Below are positions 19,583 to 28,124 of a stretch of 30,048 bases of DNA, piece after piece. The stretch spans positions 1-30,048 of IMG/VR virus record IMGVR_UViG_3300033407_000089; one strand, 5' to 3'. The stretch is from a virus (Duplodnaviria; Caudoviricetes). Below the pieces are notes generated by a model. The model saw only the letters and a list, made by a program, of their open reading frames with translations, had not been told where the DNA came from and ran no database searches. Each line of letters starts with the position of its first letter. Within the stretch, counting starts at the first letter, position 1. The position numbers were made by a program, and so were the translations under genes.

Positions 19583-22500
19583 TAAGCGGCTGGTCTCCTA
19601 AAACATCGGCACTTCGGATGGGCTAACGAGGTAACGACCTTTCTAATGTCACCCGACTTACGAGGAACAATGATCGCCCACCCGGTACGGAAGTTGGCGC
19701 GTTTGCCATGAACCCGACGGCATATAGGGCATACATGTGTATCCCTGACTGTTTGCCAAATAGCTTCCTCTAGTCCGGCCCGATCCCATCTCGCAAAGGC
19801 CCCCTCATTGAATGCCCGGATCGATTCAGACTGAGAAATTGAAGTCGCCCGATTAAGTAACGCCCCTGTCGGTGTGGAGGTCGTTGCCAAGATAAAGGTC
19901 ATTTGTTGCTCAAGGCGCGGCAGCGACCAACCTTCTTCGATAGCTTTGGTGATCGCACGGCGTATCTTCTCGACCGTCGTTGTATTGATTTGACGGATAA
20001 GGCTAAAGCCATACGAACGCACGAAATCGACGGCATCTTTGGAGAACAACTCCCAATCGACATTGAGTGTTAATCCATCATCCGCCCGCGGACGGGCTGC
20101 CGTCTCTCGTTCCAGCGCCTGTTGACCGCTGGCCGCACCAGCCAGTAACACTTGACTGAGATCGGCGGGATCGTCCTTCGTACCCACCCACGCATCAATA
20201 AGGTTGGTGGTAGCCGATTTATCCCCTAAGAATTCGGGCGCAACTTCGAAGGCAGCCGCATCGCCGTCTTCAAATGCACCAATCGCCTGCTTCAGCAGAT
20301 CGCCACTGACGGCGTGCTGATACGACAGCCAGCTTGTACCGATGCCTTTTTCCAAGTCATCGAAGTTGCGCCAATAGGCTTCGTATTGCTCTGGTGTCGC
20401 CCCGATCGGTTCGGGTGGCTCGCCAGCGCGAATCCAGTTGCGAGCAACGCGGAAAACCTCTGATGGATTCCAAAAGCCGCGTAACTCGTCACGGACGTAG
20501 TTACTCAAATAGTCCGGGATGGATTTGGTGGTGAAGTCGGACTCGTGCCCATGATGTTTGACCCGGTTAAGCCATGCATTCAATTCGCTGACCACGTTGT
20601 CGGTACGTTTTGCCCGCTGCGCGATATTGGCTTCCATGTCTACACGTTTGATTGTCGCCCAGTCACCGCCGGGCTCGTCTTGACGACTGACCTCAATCGC
20701 CGTCGGCTGCACTTTAAATTTGGCCTCGAAGGGTATGAGTTTCACCTTCTGAGGGGCATAACCAATGGTGACGTGTGGCTTATACTGCGACGGCATTGAA
20801 TAGGCCGAGGGAGTCAGCCCCGCGACAACGGCAGCCTGATATAGACCATCTTGGAATTCAATCAGGTTGTTATTTTTCTTGATGCGGAAATGAATGGCGT
20901 GGTCGCCAATCTTATCGAAGCTAGCCAAGCTCCCTAAACCAAGCGATAACACTGGCGGGTTTTCAAATTGGGCGGCAGCAGCTTCTACGAAACCGCGTAT
21001 CTGGGTCATGGTCGCAACGGGTATATGCAACACTGTGACATGGAACTTATCTGGCTCTGTCCAGCGCACCTCAATGCCGCGCTGCATTAAGGTGCGCTGC
21101 AACCCAATGAGGTCAGGCTGATTTGCCAGCGACAATGTCACCGATAACTCGGTGGTGCGTTCCGGCGCTGGTTCCTCACGTTCCGCAGCGGGGGCATCGC
21201 CTGACGGCGCAGGCAGAGATGCTGCTGCTGGCGGCGGTAGTGGCGTGTTAGGCGGTTGTTGGAAATTGAGTGAGCCGAATATCGGTGGCTCGTTCATGGT
21301 ATAGGACGGATCAAGGTCGAACACATAACCGTCGGCGGTGAGGTCGGGCGGTGCACCAATGTCAACTTGCGCCTGCGACCGCTTTATCAACCCGGCCTGA
21401 AATGCGGCAATGGCATCGTCCGGGTTACGCTTGACAACGATTTCGATAGTCTGTCGCCCGGTATGTTCCCGGCCCTCGTTATAGGTCCATAACCCGGACT
21501 CGACATTATCGCGTGCCAATTGGCTGCGGTCGGAGGTGGCGTACAGGATGCTATCAATCTCGGAACGATCAAGAATCAACTGCATCGGCGCATCGAGTAG
21601 CGGGAAGTCCTTCTTGACCCATTGCTCGTTGAGAAAGCCCAAGATCAATTTAGCCCGCGGGATGCCTGTATATTCGGTGAATGTACTAATGATCTGACGA
21701 TAGGTGTTCTGGGACGAGAGTGCATCGGCGGCGACTGATAGACCCACCATGACCGGATCGACATTAAATGCCATCAGCGTTTCGCGATTGAGCATACTCT
21801 CGAAGTCAGTCATCGCCAGATCAGCCGGTGATGCCTGAATCGGTTCCCAACGCCATTCACCTGTTGAGTTTTGACTGGCGACGATCAGCGTCTTAAAAGC
21901 GTTGCGCGAACCTTTAAGCTCTTTGAGGTCTTGCTCGACCTTCGTGATTTCATCTTCGTTGACCACCCCACCCGAAAAGGTCAACAAGCCGTCGGGTCGC
22001 GTGCCATTAATGAAGAATGACTCGGCATACCGGATCAAGTTGTACTTGGCATTGATCTGGTGCATCACCACTTCAAATGGCGATACGCCGTCATTAAGCA
22101 CCAGTGGGTTAAACAGATGCCCGAAAATCATATCCTGTCGGGGGATTTCTTCCTGACGGCCAAAAATCCGAAAACTCGCAATATGATGCTTGCCGTCGTG
22201 GTAGTAGGTTCGCAGTGTCACATCAAGCGGATTGATCCATTCAAGCTGCGATGGGAACCCGTGTCGGTTGCGAACCTTACGAAGAAAGAACTTGCCCCAG
22301 ATTAGGAGACTAGCCTCAATCCACCACATAAACTGGACAGACTTCGCGATGAATGTATCCAACGGGCTATGCTCAAGTGGATTGCGATCCATATCTGCCG
22401 CGATGATAGGCAATTGCGAAACGTGGGTCGCCCGCACATTGAGGGCTGCCCATCCAGTCACCCCTGCTGAGTACGCAGCAGCAAGGACGGCATCCGAGTA

Positions 22501-22683
22501 CCCATAGGCATTACTCAGCTCGCTGCGCCACGCACTGGCGACGGCATTGCGTGTACTGTGCAGCGGGACGGCTTCTTGACCCGCTCGCAGGATATAGGCC
22601 TCAGGCGCGTAATACCGTGCGACGACTTGACTGGTTGACGCAGGTGGCGCTGCTCGGACGTTTTCGTGTGTGTCGTATGGCAT
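19582..22683 (-). CDS. Portal + 2H phosphoesterase + MuF (minor head protein) fusion
   Basis: aa ~60-420 is an HK97-family portal ('LLIWGKFF', 'LEWINP', 'GVSPF', 'FFINGTRPDG', 'FNVDPVMVG', 'TYNEGRE'). A Pro/Ala linker is followed by two HxT motifs (H548 'FHVTV', H637 'PHVTI'). The C-terminus is MuF-like ('SESIRAFNEG...WQTVRDTHVCPIC...AHPKCRC'). Confidence 0.88.
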   Translation of the reverse strand: MPYDTHENVRAAPPASTSQVVARYYAPEAYILRAGQEAVPLHSTRNAVASAWRSELSNAYGYSDAVLAAAYSAGVTGWAALNVRATHVSQLPIIAADMDRNPLEHSPLDTFIAKSVQFMWWIEASLLIWGKFFLRKVRNRHGFPSQLEWINPLDVTLRTYYHDGKHHIASFRIFGRQEEIPRQDMIFGHLFNPLVLNDGVSPFEVVMHQINAKYNLIRYAESFFINGTRPDGLLTFSGGVVNEDEITKVEQDLKELKGSRNAFKTLIVASQNSTGEWRWEPIQASPADLAMTDFESMLNRETLMAFNVDPVMVGLSVAADALSSQNTYRQIISTFTEYTGIPRAKLILGFLNEQWVKKDFPLLDAPMQLILDRSEIDSILYATSDRSQLARDNVESGLWTYNEGREHTGRQTIEIVVKRNPDDAIAAFQAGLIKRSQAQVDIGAPPDLTADGYVFDLDPSYTMNEPPIFGSLNFQQPPNTPLPPPAAASLPAPSGDAPAAEREEPAPERTTELSVTLSLANQPDLIGLQRTLMQRGIEVRWTEPDKFHVTVLHIPVATMTQIRGFVEAAAAQFENPPVLSLGLGSLASFDKIGDHAIHFRIKKNNNLIEFQDGLYQAAVVAGLTPSAYSMPSQYKPHVTIGYAPQKVKLIPFEAKFKVQPTAIEVSRQDEPGGDWATIKRVDMEANIAQRAKRTDNVVSELNAWLNRVKHHGHESDFTTKSIPDYLSNYVRDELRGFWNPSEVFRVARNWIRAGEPPEPIGATPEQYEAYWRNFDDLEKGIGTSWLSYQHAVSGDLLKQAIGAFEDGDAAAFEVAPEFLGDKSATTNLIDAWVGTKDDPADLSQVLLAGAASGQQALERETAARPRADDGLTLNVDWELFSKDAVDFVRSYGFSLIRQINTTTVEKIRRAITKAIEEGWSLPRLEQQMTFILATTSTPTGALLNRATSISQSESIRAFNEGAFARWDRAGLEEAIWQTVRDTHVCPICRRVHGKRANFRTGWAIIVPRKSGDIRKVVTSLAHPKCRCFRRPAA

Positions 22684-22946
22684 CAGGCGCTACGTCGCGA
22701 TCCTTGTTTACGAAGTGCTAGTTTGGTAAGTAGACAAGCCGTGTCGTGGCTAATCTGCCCGGACTTGAGCAAATACAAACGATGCTCTGCCGAATCGACT
22801 GCCTTCCGCAGTTCCTCGCGAGCCTGTTGGTCGCGTTGCCGCTGGGCATTGGTAATATGACCTTCAGGTTTGGCTTTGGGTCCGACCGAAGCGCTGGCGC
22901 GTTTGTTGGTCGGTCGCCGTCGGGGTTTCTGTTTAACTGCCATCAT
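22683..22946 (-). CDS. Small basic hypothetical protein, first gene of the head operon
   Basis: SD GAGGTG upstream of the ATG. Coupled to the portal gene by TGATG. Confidence 0.65.
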   Translation of the reverse strand: MMAVKQKPRRRPTNKRASASVGPKAKPEGHITNAQRQRDQQAREELRKAVDSAEHRLYLLKSGQISHDTACLLTKLALRKQGSRRSA

Positions 22947-22956
22947 TCACCTCAAT

Positions 22957-22993
22957 AAAAAACGCCGCGCAGCTTGTGAGACCACTCGGCGTT
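22957..22993 (-). terminator. Terminator/attenuator-like hairpin directly upstream of the head operon
   Basis: Minus strand AACGCCG-AGTGGTCTCACAAGCTGCG-CGGCGTT followed by TTTTATT, ending just before the SD of the 22946 gene. Confidence 0.6.
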
Positions 22994-23223
22994 GATAGAT
23001 TTCAAAGTACTTTAGTCGCGATAAGCTAAGTTATCATGGGGCAATGTCTACAGCCCGTATTTATCATACGGATGTAGCCAATCATAAAATGCTACCACTG
23101 CCGCTAGTAAAAAAAGATGATCACTGATCCTAATAGGCATCCATAAAAGGCAATTTGTAGCGCGTGGCTCAATTCATGCAGTTGCATAATTTTCCCCGTA
23201 AAGTTGATTCTATTACTGTGTTG

Positions 23224-23514
23224 CTAAGGAACTGACGCGAGTGCAATAACGTGTTTCAAGTTACCGTTTTCGTCGATTTCGAAGTCATAACCAAGCGCCT
23301 GCATCCTGTCGGCCGATTCGGGTGCGACAATAACAGTTGACTGCGCTTTGAAATGCCCACAACAACAGCCAACCGTTACGATGCCTTTATCGTTCATTGC
23401 CTGAACGTAATCAGCAATGCAGGCATCAACCGCGATAGGATGCCAGCCGTCTGTAACATAAGGATTGTTGCGCCGAACGACGTGGATGACTTGATGCATT
23501 CCCCATTGGCACAT
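23224..23514 (-). CDS. Hypothetical protein with a 'VDACIADYVQAMN..GIVTVGCCCGH' motif
   Basis: 96 aa, abutting the stop of the upstream gene. The Cys/His cluster suggests metal binding. Confidence 0.65.
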   Translation of the reverse strand: MCQWGMHQVIHVVRRNNPYVTDGWHPIAVDACIADYVQAMNDKGIVTVGCCCGHFKAQSTVIVAPESADRMQALGYDFEIDENGNLKHVIALASVP

Positions 23515-23949
23515 TTACAAGCTTCTGAACTTTTTGCACTCCGTGCAATCTGAAGACGGCCCGCGGTAGTCCCAACGATAGAACAAGGGCGGCTGGACTA
23601 CCGCGGCGTTATATGCTTCAATCCCTTGCTTCAGTGTATCAACGTGGATTTTCGTCCACGGATCAATCCATACAAAGCCTTCCGCATCTGGGTTGAAACG
23701 AAGGGTATATTTGACCCCGTCTAGCTCGACAGGCAACATCTGTCTGTCCATACGAACAGCAGACGGCAAATGCTTGTCACCTGCTATGTCAACAGGGGGG
23801 AATTTTTGCCCCCCTGTTGATTGATCACCCCTCGCAAATGCGACCCCTGACGACTGTCCAAAATCGCGGCGAGTACGTATCAAATTCCACAGGACAGCAG
23901 CCACCAAAATGATGATAAATGTGGCAACTCCAAAATAGACAACGGGCAT
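23515..23949 (-). CDS. Hypothetical protein with an N-terminal TM and C-terminal CxxC
   Basis: Start reassigned to ATG 23949 (MPVVYFGVATFIIILVAAVLW), just after the stop of the 23954..24193 ORF. Confidence 0.6.
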   Translation of the reverse strand: MPVVYFGVATFIIILVAAVLWNLIRTRRDFGQSSGVAFARGDQSTGGQKFPPVDIAGDKHLPSAVRMDRQMLPVELDGVKYTLRFNPDAEGFVWIDPWTKIHVDTLKQGIEAYNAAVVQPPLFYRWDYRGPSSDCTECKKFRSL

Positions 23950-23953
23950 CGGC

Positions 23954-24193
23954 TTACCACCGAAACGACTTCGTGCCGTCTTTGTCAACAAAAGCGACGT
24001 TGCCAAGGACGGGTACTTCAATCCCGCCGGCCCAATTGCCGACCTCGCTGCCGGCACCATATGACCATTCGCGATGCGGCAGGACGGCACACGCCAGACG
24101 GCGGACAACAGCCCGTGCACGCGAGGCAATAGCCCGTGCACGCGAGGCAATAGCATAATGAACAACCCGGAGTGTACTGATTAATTGAGGCAC
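23954..24193 (-). CDS. Small hypothetical protein
   Basis: SD AAGGA upstream of GTG 24193, directly after the terL stop. Contains AIASRAR twice. Confidence 0.55.
   Translation of the reverse strand: MPQLISTLRVVHYAIASRARAIASRARAVVRRLACAVLPHREWSYGAGSEVGNWAGGIEVPVLGNVAFVDKDGTKSFRW
24110..24154. repeat. 21-bp perfect tandem duplication
   Basis: agcccgtgcacgcgaggcaat at 24110-24130 and 24131-24151, followed by agc. Confidence 0.95.
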
Positions 24194-24207
24194 TGGAGGT
24201 TCCTTTT

Positions 24208-25776
24208 CTATACTAAACGGCTAATGATCTTGGTTCTGAACTGGTCACGGAAGGCTAATAGCACCGCGTCTCCACAGTCGGTCGAACGACCGATGCGTTT
24301 CTTGATGTCCTCTTTAGATTCGACTGCATATTTACCGCCCTGCAACTTATAACGCGGCGTACACAGATCGACCCGTAACTCCCGATCCGGCGGTAAAGCG
24401 ATGTTTTCACCACTCTCTGGATCCAGCATCTCGCGGAACTTCCAGAAGGTTTCCGAGCGCAGGTTCACAAACTCGAACATGCCGCTTTTATCCCGCATGG
24501 TCGATTTGGACCCGTTGTTTACTGAGATGACCGTGACACCCTTGACCGCTTTGAGTTGGTCATAAGCCGAGGCCCCATACCCCACGCCATCAATGTAAAT
24601 CTTGGCACCCGGCTCGTGGGCATCCAGCACGTACTTGGCCGTTGTCGGGCCGTCAGGCGTGGCTGTGCCCGGATACTTGATCAGGCGGTCGACATAGTTG
24701 CCGTAGAGCGGCGCGATTACTGTTTGATCTTGTCCGCCATAAGCAACGTCGACACCCAGCGCACGCTGGGCAACATCGGGGCGTTCTGTTCCCAACGCTT
24801 CACAAAGGGTGTGAATATCCTCCCAGCGCTTTTGGGCCAACCGTACCCACTCGGTCGGGATGACCTGCCACTGGTCATCATCCAGACCAATACCGAAGTC
24901 GCCATACAACAACTGAGATCGTAATGGTTCGCCCAGCGATTGCAACACCGACTTGTAACCCGTGGCCAGATAAATCGGGTTGTCATCAATACGGGCTGGA
25001 ATGAACGTTCGACTGCGCGGATAGATCGTTTCAACGATTGTTTGACCGCCGCGTTCAATCTCAAGTTCAAACGGCTCTGCGCCGTCAACTTCGGTGTCCA
25101 CCCCGTCGATACGAGTGAACCAGCGCAGCTCACCGGGTTCGGCAGGATTAGGATGTTCCGGGTTGAGCCACGGACCCCAATACTCGATGACCCATTCACC
25201 CTCGACATCCGACGGCGGGTTGCCCGTGCAGATAATACGGGTGCGTTGTCCGGGGATCGGCGTTCGTAACCACCCCGATAGGTACAGATACATGTCAAGT
25301 GTAAAGTGTGTGATCTCGTCGAAACCTTTGAGATCGTGTGCTCGACCCTGATACTTCCGCACATCTTTAGGATACTCGCTCCCGCCCCACTCCAACATGC
25401 GTTGACCGGGTATATCTCGCCACACATAATCTGAGCCGTTGTAACGGGCCGTTGAGCCGTCGAGCACATCGCGACTATCGTCAATGAGCTGACGCAATTG
25501 TGTAAGCTCACGACGGAAGATGATTGATCGCCGGTGCTGAGTGCTGGCCGCCCCTAAGAGTAACCAACTTTTACCGCCACCGGCTGCCCCGCCGAAAAAC
25601 AATTCATCGGCTTCGGATTCGAGAGCGGCTACCTGCGGGCCGTCGAGGGGTTGCCATAGGTGCGACCCGCTAAATTGTTCGAATAAATCGTCGACGACTT
25701 CCGCGGCGACCGCGACTAAATCAGGTTTCGGATTCTTCGCCACTAACCGTCTGCCCAAGAAGAACCTGCTTGGCAC
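24208..25776 (-). CDS. terL: Terminase large subunit
   Basis: Q-motif 'PLDGPQ', Walker A 'FGGAAGGGKS', Walker B 'GFDEITHF', coupling motif 'CTGNP', and RNase H-like nuclease 'LGVDVAYGGQD...STDCGDAV'. Alternative GTG start at 25743. Confidence 0.95.
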   Translation of the reverse strand: MPSRFFLGRRLVAKNPKPDLVAVAAEVVDDLFEQFSGSHLWQPLDGPQVAALESEADELFFGGAAGGGKSWLLLGAASTQHRRSIIFRRELTQLRQLIDDSRDVLDGSTARYNGSDYVWRDIPGQRMLEWGGSEYPKDVRKYQGRAHDLKGFDEITHFTLDMYLYLSGWLRTPIPGQRTRIICTGNPPSDVEGEWVIEYWGPWLNPEHPNPAEPGELRWFTRIDGVDTEVDGAEPFELEIERGGQTIVETIYPRSRTFIPARIDDNPIYLATGYKSVLQSLGEPLRSQLLYGDFGIGLDDDQWQVIPTEWVRLAQKRWEDIHTLCEALGTERPDVAQRALGVDVAYGGQDQTVIAPLYGNYVDRLIKYPGTATPDGPTTAKYVLDAHEPGAKIYIDGVGYGASAYDQLKAVKGVTVISVNNGSKSTMRDKSGMFEFVNLRSETFWKFREMLDPESGENIALPPDRELRVDLCTPRYKLQGGKYAVESKEDIKKRIGRSTDCGDAVLLAFRDQFRTKIISRLV

Positions 25777-26230
25777 GATACCTTGTCAGTGCCAACTGCA
25801 AGAAGTCACCAATATGCTGTCCATTGGCTTCCATGACGGCTTGCAACTCCATGAGATACTGTGTCGTCTCATCCGTTAAGCCCAACTTGAGGACTTCAGG
25901 CTCGTTGAGACCGTACAATTTGATCTCTTGTTCATTGAGCTTCAACCAGCGATCTACTGCCATAAAGTTACCCTGCATCACCATATGGGCAATCGCTAAC
26001 CGCGCTACATTGATGCGTTCAGCCATCAGCCGTCGATACTGCTCGGCCGTCGCCGCCTCTTGTTTATTGAGTTGGTCAAGTGCTTTTTTTACATCACTCG
26101 CCGCCGTCGTGTGGGTTACCCCTAGCGCCTCGCCGATATCCCGATACGACGCACCACGCTTGCGAAGCTCCAAGGCCTTAACGCGCCGCTCGGTGGCGTT
26201 CAATTTGATCGCATCACTTCGTTTGCCCAC
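25721..26230 (-). CDS. terS: Terminase small subunit (HTH)
   Basis: HTH 'ALELRKRGASYRDIGEALGVTHTTA'. Overlaps the terL start. Confidence 0.75.
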   Translation of the reverse strand: MGKRSDAIKLNATERRVKALELRKRGASYRDIGEALGVTHTTAASDVKKALDQLNKQEAATAEQYRRLMAERINVARLAIAHMVMQGNFMAVDRWLKLNEQEIKLYGLNEPEVLKLGLTDETTQYLMELQAVMEANGQHIGDFLQLALTRYRAKQVLLGQTVSGEESET

Positions 26231-26248
26231 TACCCGGTGTAAACCTTT

Positions 26249-27049
26249 CTATAAGTCAAGTTGGTAGGCCTGCAGGCCCATATCAGTTAGTCGTTGCAAG
26301 ATGACGGCAACATAAGCCGGTGACAATTCCATCCCGTACCCGGTGCGTCCCAGTTGCTCACAAGCCACCAAGGTTGTCCCCGTGCCACAAAATTGATCCA
26401 CCACGCCGTCGCCGCGGTTGCAAAAGTTTTGAATCACCCACGTCGGCAGATGCAATGGAAACGTCGCCGCATGAACATCGGCGAATTCATTATGTGAATT
26501 ACCAGCCGCCATGTAAACATTCGACACCGATCCGCGGGCAAAACTAGCCGTCTGGATCGCTCTGCTCGGCTGATCGCCCTGCCCGAATAGATACATGAAC
26601 TCAAACTGTGAATTCATGACTTGCTTACCCATCGCCGGTGCAGCATTCGTTTTATGCCAGACGGCCACATCGGCAAAGTGATCGCGGAAATGGTGAAGGT
26701 AGTCGATGAGTGTCCGTTTGTTGCCCGCCACACTCTGAATATTGACGATGGCGTATTGGCAATGGCGCAGCGCCTGCGTCGTAAACCCGATCAATAGCTT
26801 CAAATAATCCCCATCGGTCAGGTTGTCATCGTTGTTGACATATTTACTGGCCGCACCATCAGGCTGGCTATTGAGATGTGAACTCTCGCCAACGTTATAA
26901 GGTGGTGACGTGAAGGCAATCGCGGGCGACTCATAGGCAACAAGGGTGTTCATATCGGCAGGACTCGTACTGTCACCGCACATGAGACGATGAATACCAT
27001 CACTCGTGCGACTGAGGATCTCCCAGACTTGACCCGGCTCGACACCCCA
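26249..27049 (-). CDS. DNA N4-cytosine/N6-adenine methyltransferase, beta class (catalytic portion; 5' part lies in another frame)
   Basis: 'AFTSPPYN' (motif IV) precedes 'HAATFP' and 'DQFCGTGTT' (motif I). The frame continues upstream of ATG 26983 as WGVEPGQVWEI...HRLMCGDST. Confidence 0.85.
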   Translation of the reverse strand, partial: WGVEPGQVWEILSRTSDGIHRLMCGDSTSPADMNTLVAYESPAIAFTSPPYNVGESSHLNSQPDGAASKYVNNDDNLTDGDYLKLLIGFTTQALRHCQYAIVNIQSVAGNKRTLIDYLHHFRDHFADVAVWHKTNAAPAMGKQVMNSQFEFMYLFGQGDQPSRAIQTASFARGSVSNVYMAAGNSHNEFADVHAATFPLHLPTWVIQNFCNRGDGVVDQFCGTGTTLVACEQLGRTGYGMELSPAYVAVILQRLTDMGLQAYQLDL

Positions 27050-27420
27050 CGGGCCCGTAACTCGTCGGCCCGATCCGTTTGCGGACCCACATCCTCGCCA
27101 GTCGCCGGCACGACGGTTATATCAACTCCGGTTTGCGCTGCGACGGCTTTGACCAGCTCGCGGCGTTCAAGGTTAAATGAACCTCGCACCAAACGGTGCG
27201 TGCCGTCGTTATCCGTTTCGATATCGGTCTGCCAGTCCACACCAATTACCTTCCATACCGAAAATTTTTTCCCGTAAATACTTTCGGCAAGGTATCGCTC
27301 TGCGTCGTCGTAAGTAGCAAACACGCGACTACCCACGCCCTTGATGGTTTTTCCACCACGAGCAGCGGCTTGCGCGATAGCCATCTCGCAAAGTCTGGTA
27401 TTGGTAATTAGGTAAGTCAA
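26950..27420 (-). CDS. Hypothetical ORF, probably the N-terminal part of the methyltransferase gene
   Basis: Overlaps the stop of the upstream gene (TTGA). Its '...PQTDRADELRA' segment runs naturally into the MTase frame if one base is restored near 27050. Confidence 0.55.
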   Translation of the reverse strand: MTYLITNTRLCEMAIAQAAARGGKTIKGVGSRVFATYDDAERYLAESIYGKKFSVWKVIGVDWQTDIETDNDGTHRLVRGSFNLERRELVKAVAAQTGVDITVVPATGEDVGPQTDRADELRARGVSSRVKSGRSSVARVMVFIVSCAVTVRVLPI

Positions 27421-27806
27421 CCCGATCTCCCAAGCAACTTGCGTGCCTCCCTGACCTTGGTCGGGGAGGCGCAGACGATTCCCGAATCGACCATTGCGGT
27501 TGCGATGACATCCGGCGACCGCAAGAACTTCTCTTTACTTGGCGGATAATAATATGTGCCGTCGGGTTCCAGACGATTTGCAATCTCCTGTACGTCGTGC
27601 TGGAACTGCTCGACAATGGAAAACTTACGAGGGGATCGCGACACATCAATGATTTCCGTCGGCTCGTCAACCCGGCGGAGTAACTGGGACTCGACTTCGC
27701 GATAAGTGTCTTGTTTGCCGCTAAGATAGTTCAAGACGGCATAAAGCCACTTGATGTTCTCAGGGGGTACTGCATTCCCATGTTTGTCAACAATAGTGGT
27801 TTTCAT
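27417..27806 (-). CDS. Hypothetical protein, first gene downstream of promoter P2
   Basis: 129-aa ORF. No clear SD. Confidence 0.65.
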   Translation of the reverse strand: MKTTIVDKHGNAVPPENIKWLYAVLNYLSGKQDTYREVESQLLRRVDEPTEIIDVSRSPRKFSIVEQFQHDVQEIANRLEPDGTYYYPPSKEKFLRSPDVIATAMVDSGIVCASPTKVREARKLLGRSG

Positions 27807-27943
27807 ATAGGCGTGTGTATAGATTCGCTTGGGGTCTATTGAATCGCTGCTGCGCTAACAGCGTGTGGGTGTGAAGCGCATGTGGTCAATTGGAGCAGAG
27901 ATAGGGGGTCAAACGAAGCTTTTTTCAGTCGGGCTTAAAAAAC

Positions 27944-27972
27944 AGTATATCAGCATAAATGTTCTAATGCAA
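27944..27972 (-). promoter_or_regulatory. Sigma70-type promoter P2
   Basis: -35 TTGCAT (27972-27967), 17-bp spacer, extended -10 TGaTATACT (hexamer 27949-27944). Confidence 0.75.
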
Positions 27973-27982
27973 CTGCTCCAAC

Positions 27983-28010
27983 AAAAAACCCCCGCTGGCC
28001 GACGAGGGTT
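27983..28010 (-). terminator. Intrinsic terminator closing the putative small RNA
   Basis: AACCCTCG-TCGGCCAG-CGGGGGTT followed by TTTTGTT. Confidence 0.75.
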
Positions 28011-28118
28011 CGTTCCTATCTCAAGTCCGACTACTGCCTGATCAGGCTGACAGAATAACTTCCACTCACCTGCTCCTAGTGACCACCACCAAGGTTCAGG
28101 CAAGGCTCCATCAAGCCT
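27983..28118 (-). ncRNA. Putative ~136-nt structured small RNA of unassigned family
   Basis: Bounded by promoter P1 and a terminator. 5' hairpin AGGCTT/GAGCCT, closing stem TGCCTGA/TCAGGCA, and internal hairpins. No convincing ORF. Confidence 0.6.
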
Positions 28119-28124
28119 ATGCAT

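Noticed and set aside
23950-24165. N-terminal extension of the 216-aa ORF 23515..24165
   Set aside because: Overlaps the SD-supported 23954..24193 ORF. ATG 23949 gives a cleaner TM-first protein.
28030-28111. Tiny ORFs within the putative small RNA (MEPCLNLGGGH; GTG-started 7- and 12-codon ORFs after AGGAG)
   Set aside because: Too short and featureless to support. A leader-peptide role cannot be fully excluded.
27983-28118. Assignment of the small RNA to a known riboswitch or ribozyme (fluoride, c-di-AMP, c-di-GMP, ZTP, hammerhead, 6S)
   Set aside because: Core consensus motifs are not matched by eye. Needs an Rfam scan.
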